A DNA stretch of 64,000 nt, from assembly GCA_016926075.1 (NCBI GenBank), contig JAFGPG010000069.1, positions 10,313-74,312 of the forward strand, written 5' to 3'. The notes under the pieces were generated by a model. That model was not told where the DNA came from. It did not search any database and worked only from the letters and a program-made list of their open reading frames with translations. How positions within the stretch are numbered: the first letter of the stretch is position 1; each line of letters opens with the position of its first letter. This stretch comes from Methanomassiliicoccales archaeon. GTDB lineage: Archaea > Thermoplasmatota > Thermoplasmata > Methanomassiliicoccales > UBA472. Shown in pieces: positions 41,551 through 51,179 of the stretch. Both the position numbers and the translations under genes were made by a program.

Positions 41551-42732
41551 ATGGCCGTCATGCTCGAGCTCAGCCCGTACGCCCCTTTGTTCCTGGCCAT
41601 CGCTGTCACCGAGCTGTTGCTGGGCCTCTACGTCCTGAGCAGGGGTCGGGGCTCCCTGGCGGCCAGGCCCTTTCTGGGATTCGCGGTCCTGGCCAGCGGG
41701 CTGAGCGTGCTAGGGCTACTGATGGCCAGTTCCATATCGTTGCAGTACGCCTCCCTATTGGACAGGGTCCTCTGGCTCCTGCTGGGCCTGGAGATGGGCC
41801 TGGGCTACCGTCTCAGCCGCCTGCTGCCCCTCGAGCCCAGCTCCGCCCATCTGGGAAGAGGGGGACGCTCCTACGTCCTCCTGGTGCTAGGGGTCGCCCT
41901 GCTGCTCTCCGCGACCGCGGGTGCCGTGCAACAGGACCGGTACGGTTGGTTCTCGGCGTCTAACCTTCCCCTGACCGCCTCGGCCATGCTGCTATACGTC
42001 ATGCTCATCGTCGTTGGGGTGAGGCGAAAGGTCGCGGTTATGGACGATAGAGAGGGAAGGGCTCGCACGGCCCTGCTCTCCCTGGCCTTGGCCTTCCCCA
42101 TGCTCCTCCTGCTGTCCATGATTGTCCTAGGCCATCTGGGCCTCCCCGTCCCGCGCATCTACGGCCTGGGCGAGCTGGTCGCGGTCTCCCTGGTCGGCTA
42201 CGGCATCCTCAGGTACGGGCTCTCCATCCCTCCCCGGGTGTCTGAACGTGCGGCGTTACCGGAAGGGAACCTGCCGGCTCTGCAACAGGGGAGGGCCTAC
42301 CTCTTCGAAGGCCAAGACCCGGACCTCATGTTCCGTTGCGTGCAGCGCGAGGTGGGACAGGGCCTCTCCGCCCTCATCATCTGCCGTACCCACCCCGACC
42401 AGCTGAGGGCGAGGTACCGCCTGTCCCATACTCCCATGATATGGCTGGCCGAGAGCCCCGGTCCGGGGCGGGTGGACCCCGGCAACCTGCAGATGCTGTA
42501 CCACATGACCTTGGAATTCGTCAAGGGAGGGCCTTCCTTGGTGGCCGTCGAGGGGTTGGAATACCTGATGGTGAACAACGAGCTCAACAAGGTGCTACGG
42601 TTCATCGGTCAACTGAGGGACAACATAATAGTCCAAGGGAACATGTTGACGGTGGCCGTGGACCCCCGCACCCTCACCGAGAGACAGAGGGCCATATTGG
42701 AACGGGAGCTGGAGCATGTTGTTGAAAAATGA
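41551..42732 (+). CDS. Membrane protein with about 7 N-terminal TMs and a C-terminal DUF835 domain
   Basis: ICRTHP, IWLA, EGLEYLMVNN, LRDNI, VDPRTL, LEREL typical of DUF835. Confidence 0.78.
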   Translation: MAVMLELSPYAPLFLAIAVTELLLGLYVLSRGRGSLAARPFLGFAVLASGLSVLGLLMASSISLQYASLLDRVLWLLLGLEMGLGYRLSRLLPLEPSSAHLGRGGRSYVLLVLGVALLLSATAGAVQQDRYGWFSASNLPLTASAMLLYVMLIVVGVRRKVAVMDDREGRARTALLSLALAFPMLLLLSMIVLGHLGLPVPRIYGLGELVAVSLVGYGILRYGLSIPPRVSERAALPEGNLPALQQGRAYLFEGQDPDLMFRCVQREVGQGLSALIICRTHPDQLRARYRLSHTPMIWLAESPGPGRVDPGNLQMLYHMTLEFVKGGPSLVAVEGLEYLMVNNELNKVLRFIGQLRDNIIVQGNMLTVAVDPRTLTERQRAILERELEHVVEK

Positions 42733-42734
42733 GG

Positions 42735-42809
42735 GGCCGAGACCGCGATTTGAACGCGGGTCTAGGGATCCACAGTCCCACAGGATAACCAGGCTACCCC
42801 ATCCCGGCC
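42735..42809 (-). tRNA. tRNA-His(GTG)
   Basis: Cloverleaf with acceptor stem GCCGGGA/TCTCGGC, anticodon loop CT-GTG-GA, T-loop TTCAAAT, discriminator C73 and encoded G-1; followed by CCT, so CCA is not encoded. Confidence 0.95.
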
Positions 42810-42856
42810 ATGATGGGATTTCTGCAACGCTTCCGGACTAATAAACATTCCCCTCC

Positions 42857-43429
42857 TCACTCGTATGGGAAGATGGAATAGAGGATGGCGAACTTGGGCC
42901 TCCCCTCCTCGGTATGTCTGTCCGACAGGTCCTTGAGACGATCGTCCAGGTCGGTGATGAGCCGCTCTGCTTCCTGGGACGTGGATTCGTTGACCGGCAG
43001 GATGACGTAATTGGCACCGAAGGGATAGCTGGGCCGTTCGGACACATTGATGAAGTAGTCCCTTTTCTGGTCCATGAGCTTGATCCCCCGGTTCAGGATG
43101 CCCTTGATGGCCCCCAGGGCGGCGAAGACGATGTCCAGCCGTTCGGCCATGTCCACGGTGCTGACCCCCGCGGCGTCCCCCATGATGCCCGGTTCGAAGG
43201 CCGAGCGGTAGTACTTCTCCACCAGGTTGCCCACCAGCTCAGTGCGGGTGGGCGCGATCAGCCCGGCCTCCAGCAACTTCTTCAGATGGTACTGTGCATT
43301 CTGAATGCTAAGCCCCAGCAGATCGGACACCGCGGTGGTGGTCATCTCGCGCATGGAGAGGAGTGAGAGCATGGCCAGACGGTTGGGGTCCGACAGCAAC
43401 TTAATCTGTTCGACTCCGATATTGGTCAT
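42857..43429 (-). CDS. ArsR-family transcriptional regulator
   Basis: LSDPNRLAML, YHLKKLLEAGLI, VEKYY, plus a C-terminal domain. Confidence 0.85.
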   Translation of the reverse strand: MTNIGVEQIKLLSDPNRLAMLSLLSMREMTTTAVSDLLGLSIQNAQYHLKKLLEAGLIAPTRTELVGNLVEKYYRSAFEPGIMGDAAGVSTVDMAERLDIVFAALGAIKGILNRGIKLMDQKRDYFINVSERPSYPFGANYVILPVNESTSQEAERLITDLDDRLKDLSDRHTEEGRPKFAILYSIFPYE

Positions 43430-43539
43430 TTTTACCACTAAAATTTGATTTTAACGTTATAGTATGAAGATAATGTTCAAATACTATTTCTAAATTCACT
43501 AAAATGAGATTGGAACGATTATAACTCGTTAAAGAGGTG

Positions 43540-43614
43540 ATGAAGGTGAGGAAGAAGGCGATGAGCAACAACTACGTGATCGTCAACGGGAACATATTCT
43601 TCATGAGGACCTAG
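43540..43614 (+). CDS. Candidate small peptide (17-24 aa)
   Basis: MKVRKKAMSNNYVIVNGNIFFMRT-TAG; GAGGTGA RBS at 43534-43540, alternative starts GTG 43546 and ATG 43561, C/G-ending codons, downstream T-tract. Confidence 0.55.
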   Translation: MKVRKKAMSNNYVIVNGNIFFMRT

Positions 43615-43637
43615 ACCAAGCGTTCCCTTCACGGACC

Positions 43638-43654
43638 TTTTTTCTTTTCTCTTC
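43638..43654 (+). terminator. Oligo-T terminator after the small peptide ORF
   Basis: TTTTTTCTTTTCTCTT. Confidence 0.5.
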
Positions 43655-43698
43655 TCGTCGAACGATAATAAATAAATGTCCAGCGCATCTCCGCAAGG

Positions 43699-44499
43699 AT
43701 GCGGGAAAAGGCCGGACTGCTTCTGCCCGTCGCCCTTATCGTCCTAGCGGAGGCCATGCTATTCGACTCCCAGACCGAAGGCAGCCTGGGCCTGCATGCC
43801 CTGAACATCCTTCTGTGCATCCTTCTTCCCATATGGGTGGAGGGGCGAACGCTCCTCTACCAGTCCCTGGCCCTGGTCTCCCTGCTCCGGGTGCTCAACA
43901 TCGGCATGCCCGTGTTCTTCACCTGGACCCTCTACTGGTTACCCTTCATCTACGGCCCCATCATCCTGGCCGGCTACATCGTCTGGAGACAGACGGTGGT
44001 GGAGGCCGACCGCCTGCACTGGCGCAACCTGCTGGGCTTCATCAACGGACAAGGGCTCCGGGAGAAGGTGCGCTGGTCCTGGGAGTACGTGCTCTACGCC
44101 ATCCTCTTCGGCTTCCTGGTGGCCAACCTGGAGTACCTCGTGCTGGGCAATGAGGCCCTGGTGACCGCCGTAGCCCTGCCGGACCTGCTGCTGCTCCTGC
44201 TGGTCATGGTGGCCTTCGTGGGCTTCGGGGAGGAACTGGTCTTCAGGGCGCTGCTGCAGGGTGCGGTGCGGCCGATCCACGGGACGACGGCGGCCATACT
44301 GCTCTCCAGCCTGCTCTTCGCGGTCATGCACTCCGGGTACCAGGACCTGGGCTACATGGTCTTCGTCTTCTTCATCGGTCTGTCCTTGGCATGGAGCTAC
44401 GAGAGGACCGGGAGCCTGGCCCTGGTGGCGCTGATGCATGGCCTGCTCAACTTCTTCCTCTTCTCCTTCGTGCCCCTCGGCTATGGCCTGCTCCCCTGA
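43699..44499 (+). CDS. CPBP (CAAX/Abi) family intramembrane metalloprotease
   Basis: GFGEELVFR, FAVMH and LMHGLLN motifs; multi-TM. Confidence 0.9.
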   Translation: MREKAGLLLPVALIVLAEAMLFDSQTEGSLGLHALNILLCILLPIWVEGRTLLYQSLALVSLLRVLNIGMPVFFTWTLYWLPFIYGPIILAGYIVWRQTVVEADRLHWRNLLGFINGQGLREKVRWSWEYVLYAILFGFLVANLEYLVLGNEALVTAVALPDLLLLLLVMVAFVGFGEELVFRALLQGAVRPIHGTTAAILLSSLLFAVMHSGYQDLGYMVFVFFIGLSLAWSYERTGSLALVALMHGLLNFFLFSFVPLGYGLLP

Positions 44500-44648
44500 T
44501 CGGGGTAGCGCCCACTAAGACCGAACGGGGACAAACCATCCCGTTTTTGTCACCCTCCTGTCATCCCATTTATTAGAGGGTGGGCTTTCCTACGACACCC
44601 TGGCGGTATCGGTATCCACGCCAGGGACATGACGCGACGGTGCTTGGG

Positions 44649-45560
44649 ATGAAACGAGACCTCATCACGATGCTGGACGTCCAGGACGATATACTGGACA
44701 TTTTGGACTTGGCGGATCGCATGAAGAAGGAGCGGAACAAGGACCACCAACCGCTGAAGGGCAAGACCTTGGCCATGATCTTCGAGAAGTCCTCCACCCG
44801 CACCCGCGTGTCCTTCGAGGTGGGCATGATCGAGCTGGGCGGGTTCGCGGTGACCCTGAACAGCAAGGACCTCCAGATGGGACGGGGGGAGACGGTGGCC
44901 GATACCGCTCGGGTGCTCTCCCGCTACGTGAGCGGCATAATGTACCGAGCTTACGAGCACAGCATGGTGTTGGAGCTCGCCAAGTACGCAACGGTGCCCA
45001 TCATCAACGGGCTGGACAACTTCGAGCATCCCTGCCAGATTATGGCCGACCTCCTCACGGTCAAGGAGCGCTTCGGACGGCTTAGCGGCATCAAGATGGC
45101 CTATGTGGGGGACGGCAACAACGTGTGCAACTCCCTCATGCTGGGCTGCTCCATGGTGGGCATGGACATCTCCTGCGGCTGTCCGAAGGGCTACGAGCCG
45201 GACCCCGGGGTGGTGGCCAAGGCCAAGGAGATCGCCTGGAAGAGGGGTTCGAAACTGGAGCTCATGGAGAGCCCGCATCAAGCCGCGCAGGGGGCGGACG
45301 TCGTCTACACCGACGTATGGGTCTCCATGGGTCAGGAGGAGGAGTCCAGGATGAGGCAGAAGGTGTTCAACCCCTATCAGGTCAACGCCAAGCTGCTCTC
45401 GGTGGCCAATCCCCGGGCCATAGTCATGCACTGCCTACCGGCCCACCGGGGCATGGAGATCACCGACGAGGTCATCGACAGCGAGCGCAGCGTGGTGCTG
45501 GACCAGGCGGAGAACCGTCTGCATGCGCAGAAGGCCATACTGGTCACCTTGATGGGCTGA
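44649..45560 (+). CDS. argF: Ornithine carbamoyltransferase
   Basis: FEKSSTRTRVSF, HPCQ, DVWVSMG, HCLPA; start set at ATG 44649. Confidence 0.95.
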   Translation: MKRDLITMLDVQDDILDILDLADRMKKERNKDHQPLKGKTLAMIFEKSSTRTRVSFEVGMIELGGFAVTLNSKDLQMGRGETVADTARVLSRYVSGIMYRAYEHSMVLELAKYATVPIINGLDNFEHPCQIMADLLTVKERFGRLSGIKMAYVGDGNNVCNSLMLGCSMVGMDISCGCPKGYEPDPGVVAKAKEIAWKRGSKLELMESPHQAAQGADVVYTDVWVSMGQEEESRMRQKVFNPYQVNAKLLSVANPRAIVMHCLPAHRGMEITDEVIDSERSVVLDQAENRLHAQKAILVTLMG

Positions 45561-47088
45561 ATCGGGAGAGCTGCTGTCCTATCTCCTCGTCCAAGGCCTC
45601 CAGGAACTTCCTGATCTTCTTCTTGGGGATATTGGCGCCGGCAGCCACGTCGTGCCCCCCTCCGCCCCCACCGACCTGGATGGAGGCCTGACCGATGGCC
45701 TTTCCAAGGTTGATGCCCCGGTTGACGAGCTCCCTGTTCATACGGGTGGAGACCTTGACCATGGGGTCCTTGCCCATCTCCGAGGAGCCCATCTTCTCCG
45801 CCATGGCCACCAGGGGCTTGTCCGGGTCCAGGCCCTGAAGGGCATCCCCCCCTCGCTGGTCAAGGACCATGCTGGTGATGATGCCCAATATGGTATCGTT
45901 GACCTTCAGGCAATAACCGCTCTTGGGCTTGGGCATGAGATATTGGATGTGGACCTTCTGCTCCACCCGGTGCACCTTCCGTACCCCCTCGCGTATGTTC
46001 CCTTTGTGATTCTCCACGTTCTGGAGGGCCGTTTCGGAATAGATCCTGGGATTGAGGCAGACCTTGACGATGAGATCCCCACGCTCCTCGTCCCCCTCCC
46101 CCTGGGGGGTCAGGATGTAACGCCCTGAGGCGTTGAGCAGGGTAGCGAACTCCTTGGCCTCCCGGGTGGGAGAGCCCGGTGGATGTTCCGGGAAAAGGTA
46201 CACATCGCCCAGCATACGGTCCAGGGACTGATGGTCGAGCCCCAACCTCTCCAAGCGTTCCCTCAGGGAGATCATCATGATCCTCCGTTCGGAGGGCTCA
46301 AGTTCCGACCAACTGCGCCAGCCCGTGCCCCCCTCCCCCTTCTGGTACCCCCCCGACCTTTTCAAAGGCACCCTGGCCTCGTGGAACAGGGCCGCCACCT
46401 CCTTGATGGTATCCGAATAACCGATGCCCTTGAGGTCGTTGGAGAAGGCCAGCATGGCCGCGGCAGACCTGGTCACCCAACCGAAGAAGGGCAGCTCCCC
46501 CTTCTCCACCTTGAGCGACCCGGTGGCGCGAGCGTCCTCGATGACCATCTCATGCAGAGGCCCGATGAGCCCTCCGTGCCCGCGGTCCTGCATGTCGCCC
46601 ACCGCCCCCACGACCGAAAGATAGGCCAGACGACGATTTCGGGGGTCCAGCTCCCGGGCCACGAAGTAGGTGTTGCCCGCCCCGCTCAGATGGTAGGAGC
46701 CGTCCATGCCGAAGAGCAGGGGATTGAGCATGTGTCCGGTGCCACCGAACTGGTCCAGGCGGGCCTGTCCTCCCTCGAAAAGACGATGATGGTCGGCGAT
46801 GATGCAATGCTGGGCGGCCATGCTCTGGCAGCAGGAGGCGCCCAGATCGCATATCCAAAGCATATCCTCCGGGAAAAGGGAAATGGCATGCATCTCCCCC
46901 TCTCCCAAGGAAGGCACGAACTGCAGGCGATGGGGGACCTCCAGAAGCTCCAAGGCCCCTTTGGCGATGGCGGCGGAGGCTATGCCGTCCGCATCGATAT
47001 GGGAGACCACGGCCACGGACCCCGCGGAGCGTACCACCTCCGCCAAACGCCTTGCGCGGTCCAGAAAGCCCTCGACGTCCTCGCTCAT
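45544..47088 (-). CDS. RecJ-like DHH/DHHA1 phosphoesterase
   Basis: SHIDADG, CDLG, ADHH, GAVGD, GGGHDVAAGA; ATG 47088 overlaps the upstream stop. Confidence 0.88.
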   Translation of the reverse strand: MSEDVEGFLDRARRLAEVVRSAGSVAVVSHIDADGIASAAIAKGALELLEVPHRLQFVPSLGEGEMHAISLFPEDMLWICDLGASCCQSMAAQHCIIADHHRLFEGGQARLDQFGGTGHMLNPLLFGMDGSYHLSGAGNTYFVARELDPRNRRLAYLSVVGAVGDMQDRGHGGLIGPLHEMVIEDARATGSLKVEKGELPFFGWVTRSAAAMLAFSNDLKGIGYSDTIKEVAALFHEARVPLKRSGGYQKGEGGTGWRSWSELEPSERRIMMISLRERLERLGLDHQSLDRMLGDVYLFPEHPPGSPTREAKEFATLLNASGRYILTPQGEGDEERGDLIVKVCLNPRIYSETALQNVENHKGNIREGVRKVHRVEQKVHIQYLMPKPKSGYCLKVNDTILGIITSMVLDQRGGDALQGLDPDKPLVAMAEKMGSSEMGKDPMVKVSTRMNRELVNRGINLGKAIGQASIQVGGGGGGHDVAAGANIPKKKIRKFLEALDEEIGQQLSRFSPSR

Positions 47089-47849
47089 TCCCCGCACCCC
47101 TGCAATAGTCGATCAGCCAAACGTGCGTATACCGTCCCGGCCAGGGGCTCTAGGTTTCGCGCGTCCTCCTGATTGTAGCGCCTCAGCAGGCGCAACGCGT
47201 TCTCGTTACCCTTCCTCTCCCACAGGTGCCAGAGGTACACCGCCTCCTCTCCGGTGACGTATTCCACCTCCTGAGGGCGGCGGTATCCCAACATGAACTC
47301 CACATGCTTCAATCCTCCTCTCAGTCCCACCTTGGGACAGGCGTGCCGCAGGTCGTAATGGGGTACCCTGGGCACGGAGAAGGGGAACTCCCTCTCGATC
47401 ATCGGCAGGTCGAAGGTGCTGCCATTGAAGGTGACCAGCAATTTGGCTCTATTCATGGCCCTGCCGATGTTCTCGGCGGTGAGGTCCATACCACGGGTCA
47501 GGGTGACCGTCTCCCCGGCACGATGTACGGAGAGCATGGTCACCACCGCCGATGGCCCCAGCCCATCCGTCTCTATGTCCAGGTAGACGGTGTCCTCCCT
47601 GAGGCGCTCGTACATGCGCCAGTGCTGCCCGCTGGGCAACAGACGGCTGAAGTACTCGGTCCTACCTCGCTCCCAGGAATCCATGGCCATATCCAGCTCC
47701 CGGTCCAGGACAGGCTTTCGGGCCGGAGATATACCCTCCAGGCGCTTGCACTGTGAGAACTCCTCCCAGGATCGCACACCGCGCTCCCACAGCCTCCGCT
47801 CCTTGACCTGACCGATGCCCGGCAGAAGGAGGAAGGTGCGCTTGATCAT
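47085..47849 (-). CDS. RNase H-like (YprB/DEDD-type) 3'-5' exonuclease
   Basis: LPGIG HhH-like start, YLDIETDG, TFNGSTFDLP, YNQED. Confidence 0.85.
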   Translation of the reverse strand: MIKRTFLLLPGIGQVKERRLWERGVRSWEEFSQCKRLEGISPARKPVLDRELDMAMDSWERGRTEYFSRLLPSGQHWRMYERLREDTVYLDIETDGLGPSAVVTMLSVHRAGETVTLTRGMDLTAENIGRAMNRAKLLVTFNGSTFDLPMIEREFPFSVPRVPHYDLRHACPKVGLRGGLKHVEFMLGYRRPQEVEYVTGEEAVYLWHLWERKGNENALRLLRRYNQEDARNLEPLAGTVYARLADRLLQGCGE

Positions 47850-47944
47850 CGTTCTTCCAGCGGACCATCCGTATAATATCCTTTTGCACCCAGCGCAGAA
47901 AATGTCGAGGGATTGATATCCTTCCTCCTCCTTTGGTGGATCGT

Positions 47945-48676
47945 ATGCGACAGCTCGAGATCGCCCCCGGTCTGAGCATCACCAACGACCGCTGCGCCCT
48001 CCTGACCCGCTCCCGCACCCTGGTACTGGGCGACCTACACCTGGGCATAGAGGCCAGCCTGGAGCTGGAAGGGCTGCAGCTGCCCCGGGTGCAAGGGGCC
48101 ACCATGCACCAACGCCTGTCCTCCGCCGTCGAGGCCTTCCGACCCGAGCGCATAGTGGTGCTAGGAGACCTGAAGCACGAGTTCTCTCGCAATCTGGACC
48201 AGGAATGGAGGGAGGTGCGCGGCATGCTGGAGCACATGCTCTCCCTGGCCCAGGTGACCGTGGTACGGGGCAACCATGACAATTACCTGGCCAACATCAC
48301 CTCCCGTATGGGGGTGGAACTGGTGGAGGGACTGAGGGTGGACGGCTATCACCTGACGCACGGCCACCTCCCCGTCTCCGAAAGGCCTCTCGTCCAAGGG
48401 CATGAGCATCCCTCGGTCCGCCTCATGGACGGAGTGGGGGGGCACATCAAATTGCCCGCCTTCCTTCACCTGCCCGGGGAGGGGGTGCTCATCATTCCAG
48501 CCTTCAGTCCGCTGGTCACAGGCAACGACATCAACAATCTGTCCCCCCAAGACATGCTCTCCCCCGGCCTTCGCAGCGTGGACCTTGAGCCGGCCGAGGT
48601 CTTCGGTTGCAGCGACATCGGCCTCATCCGGCTGGGGACCAAGGGCGGCCTGCTCGCACGCACTGGAGGACGATAG
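47945..48676 (+). CDS. Calcineurin-like metallophosphoesterase (SbcD/Mre11-related archaeal family)
   Basis: DLHLG, GDLKH, RGNHD, THGH, GHEHP, PAFS. Confidence 0.88.
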   Translation: MRQLEIAPGLSITNDRCALLTRSRTLVLGDLHLGIEASLELEGLQLPRVQGATMHQRLSSAVEAFRPERIVVLGDLKHEFSRNLDQEWREVRGMLEHMLSLAQVTVVRGNHDNYLANITSRMGVELVEGLRVDGYHLTHGHLPVSERPLVQGHEHPSVRLMDGVGGHIKLPAFLHLPGEGVLIIPAFSPLVTGNDINNLSPQDMLSPGLRSVDLEPAEVFGCSDIGLIRLGTKGGLLARTGGR

Positions 48677-48722
48677 TACCATATCCCCTTTAGAAGATGC
48701 AGGGGCGATGAAGGAGGATCAC

Positions 48723-49658
48723 ATGGAAGGGCGCCGCGTGCTCATCACCGGTGGTGCGGGCTTCATCGGCTCGCATCTGGCGGAGGCCCTGTGCGAAAGG
48801 AACGAGGTCATCGTGCTGGACGACCTCTCCAGCGGTCGGAGGGAGAACCTGCAGGGGATGGAGGTGGAGCTGGTCCAGGGCAGCATCAGGGACCCTGAAC
48901 TGGTCCGAAGGACCATGGAAGGGGTAGACTATGTCTTCCACGAGGCGGCCATCGCCTCAGTGCCGAAGAGCCTGGACGATCCTATCGCAAGCAATCAGGT
49001 CAACGTCTGCGGCACCCTGAGGGTGCTCTGCGAGGCCCGGGAGGCCAAGGTGCGCAAGCTGGTCTTCGCCTCCTCCGCGGCCATATATGGGGATGCCCCT
49101 ACGGAGATCAAGAGGGAGGGGGACCCTCCAGTGCCCATATCCCCTTACGCGGTCACCAAGCTCACCGGGGAGCTCTATTGCCGTAACTTCTGGGTCAATT
49201 TCGGACTGCCCACCTGCTGTCTGCGTTATTTCAACGTCTACGGCCCCCGCCAGGACCCCTCCTCCGAGTACGCCGCAGCGGTCCCCCGCTTCATTGACGC
49301 CGCCAGTAGGGGTCAGCCCCTCACCATATACGGGGACGGGGAGCAGACCCGGGACTTCACCTACGTGGGCGACGTGGTGCAGGCCAACATCCTGGCCGCC
49401 CTGGACGTTGATCATAACGGAGAGGTGTTCAACGTCGCGCGCCAGGAGGCCGTCTCCGTGAACGAGCTGGCCAGGACCGTCCTGGAGCTCTTTGGGCGAG
49501 AGGTGGAGGGGGGAACGGTCCATCTCCCTCCGCGACAGGGCGACGTACGCCATTCGATGGCCGACATTAGCAGGGCCCGGGCCGATCTGGGATATCATCC
49601 GGAATTCGACATGCGCAGGGGGCTGGAACTGACCTTACAGGCCCTTGAGAACCGATGA
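48723..49658 (+). CDS. NAD-dependent nucleotide-sugar epimerase/dehydratase
   Basis: TGGAGFIGS, ASSAAIYG, YAVTK, RYFNVYGPRQ; AAGGAGG RBS before ATG 48723. Confidence 0.92.
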   Translation: MEGRRVLITGGAGFIGSHLAEALCERNEVIVLDDLSSGRRENLQGMEVELVQGSIRDPELVRRTMEGVDYVFHEAAIASVPKSLDDPIASNQVNVCGTLRVLCEAREAKVRKLVFASSAAIYGDAPTEIKREGDPPVPISPYAVTKLTGELYCRNFWVNFGLPTCCLRYFNVYGPRQDPSSEYAAAVPRFIDAASRGQPLTIYGDGEQTRDFTYVGDVVQANILAALDVDHNGEVFNVARQEAVSVNELARTVLELFGREVEGGTVHLPPRQGDVRHSMADISRARADLGYHPEFDMRRGLELTLQALENR

Positions 49659-49761
49659 GAGCAACACTCCGAGCGATCGCCGGGGACCCCTTTCATCGCG
49701 TGGCCGAACGCTCATCGAAACTTAATTACGCTGGGAGGCCTATTTTACATTCGAGGTTTTG

Positions 49762-49857
49762 ATGGCGGAGTGCATTGTTTGCGGGTGCGTTCTAAAGAAG
49801 CACCAGGACAAATGCCCCATATGCGGAGCTTCTCAGACCGAAGATGATGATTATTGA
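49762..49857 (+). CDS. 31-aa zinc-ribbon/rubredoxin-like microprotein
   Basis: MAECIVCGCVLKKHQDKCPICGASQTEDDDY; CxxC and CPxCG knuckles; GAGGT RBS; TTAATTA upstream. Confidence 0.62.
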   Translation: MAECIVCGCVLKKHQDKCPICGASQTEDDDY

Positions 49858-50309
49858 CCGCCTGTCGGGGTCCGTTTCGGCCATTTCGGGGACAGGTCCA
49901 GTCGAATGACTCCACGTCCATGTGATCGCTTGTTCTTTCCTAAGCTCACCGAGGGACTAGGGGCATTGGGATCACCGCACTGTGCGGACAAGGTCCCAGG
50001 TCAAAGGCCCTCTGTGCAGCTCCACAGTACCGCCAAGCGTATCGCCGCCTACCTCCCTCCGCCCCATCTTGAAGAACGTCGAGGAGATCGGAGCGTAAGG
50101 GCGCGTTTTGCGGTGCTATGGTATGGATCGTAAGGTCGCTGCAATGAAGTCCTAGCTAAATGCGTACAGAGATTTAAATGAAGATAGCCGTCCATGGCAG
50201 CAACGGCTTAGCGGTCCACGTATGTGAAAAAACTGAGATATATTATCTCGATAAAAAAATGAAACGTATGCGGATAAACAGCATTAACAATAGTAGATGG
50301 CACGTCAAT

Positions 50310-50365
50310 ATGGATGTATTATCCATCCATCCAAAACGGCATGGATATTTCATCCATCCATCCAA
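50310..50365. promoter_or_regulatory. Tandem palindromic operator upstream of the corrinoid protein promoter
   Basis: Two 25-bp direct repeats with a 31-bp period (50310-50334, 50341-50365), each ATGGAT-N5-ATCCAT-CCATCCAA; TATA-like TTTATTA follows at 50369-50375. Confidence 0.75.
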
Positions 50366-50424
50366 GGGTTTATTACTTTAAATTGAAATTGGGACACAGA
50401 AAACATCTTAGGAGGAAAACTGAA

Positions 50425-51060
50425 ATGGCAAACTTCGACGCATTGATCGAAATAGTTGTTAAGGGGAAAATCAAGGAGGCCAAGGGAGAGACCCAGAAGC
50501 TCCTTGATTCGGGGATCTCCGCAAAAGAAATCATCTTCAACGGGCTAAGTGAGGCCATGAAGATAGTGGGCGACAAGTACGAGAAGAAGGAGTACTTCCT
50601 GCCTCAGGTTCTTCTTTCGGCGCAGACCCTGTACCAGGGATTGAACTTAGCCTTGCCAAAGTTGGACAAGACCTCGGCCGATGCAGCCGGTAAGATCGTC
50701 ATCTGCGTGGTCGAAGGTGATGTGCACGATATCGGCAAGAACATCTGCAAGGCCCTGCTGACCGGCGCCGGTAACACCATGTTCGACCTGGGCCGCGATG
50801 TGCCCCTGAAGGACATTGTAGACAAGGCCAAGACCGAGAGCGCCCAGATCATAGCCACCTCGACCCTTATGACCCCCACCCTGGCGGGCATGAAGGAGAT
50901 CGAGAAGATGCTCAAAGAGGGCGGCTTAAAGGGACAGATCAAGACCATGGTCGGTGGCGGTGCCACTTCCCCGGACTTCGCCAAGTCCATCGGTGCAGAC
51001 GGCTGGGGCTACGACGCCAACGAGGCCGTCCGCGTGGCCATTGACCTGCTGAAGAAGTAA
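50425..51060 (+). CDS. Methyltransferase corrinoid protein (MtaC/MtbC-like)
   Basis: EGDVHDIGKNI B12-binding motif, cap domain YFLPQVL, DLGRDVP, MVGGG, IGAD; AGGAGG RBS before ATG 50425. Confidence 0.93.
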   Translation: MANFDALIEIVVKGKIKEAKGETQKLLDSGISAKEIIFNGLSEAMKIVGDKYEKKEYFLPQVLLSAQTLYQGLNLALPKLDKTSADAAGKIVICVVEGDVHDIGKNICKALLTGAGNTMFDLGRDVPLKDIVDKAKTESAQIIATSTLMTPTLAGMKEIEKMLKEGGLKGQIKTMVGGGATSPDFAKSIGADGWGYDANEAVRVAIDLLKK

Positions 51061-51062
51061 AA

Positions 51063-51090
51063 GGGGCATACGCCCCGTCACATTTTTTTT
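51063..51090 (+). terminator. Hairpin plus T8 terminator after the corrinoid gene
   Basis: GGGGC-ATAC-GCCCC followed by TTTTTTTT (51083-51090). Confidence 0.65.
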
Positions 51091-51179
51091 ATCACCAATT
51101 GTTAATATAATATATTTACAATAAAAATTTTGTGCACTCTATTATACAGGAAGGTCATGCCTATACTAGGAGCGTTCCC

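Noticed and set aside
42735..42809. tRNA-His as an integration site
   Set aside because: No integrase and no duplicated tRNA 3' end were seen in the window.
49900..50300. Long non-coding stretch as a cobalamin riboswitch
   Set aside because: No recognisable B12-box or conserved stems, and it lies upstream of the apparent corrinoid gene promoter.
50310..50365. 25-bp direct repeats as a mini-CRISPR
   Set aside because: Only two copies with a 6-bp gap and no cas genes; better explained as an operator.
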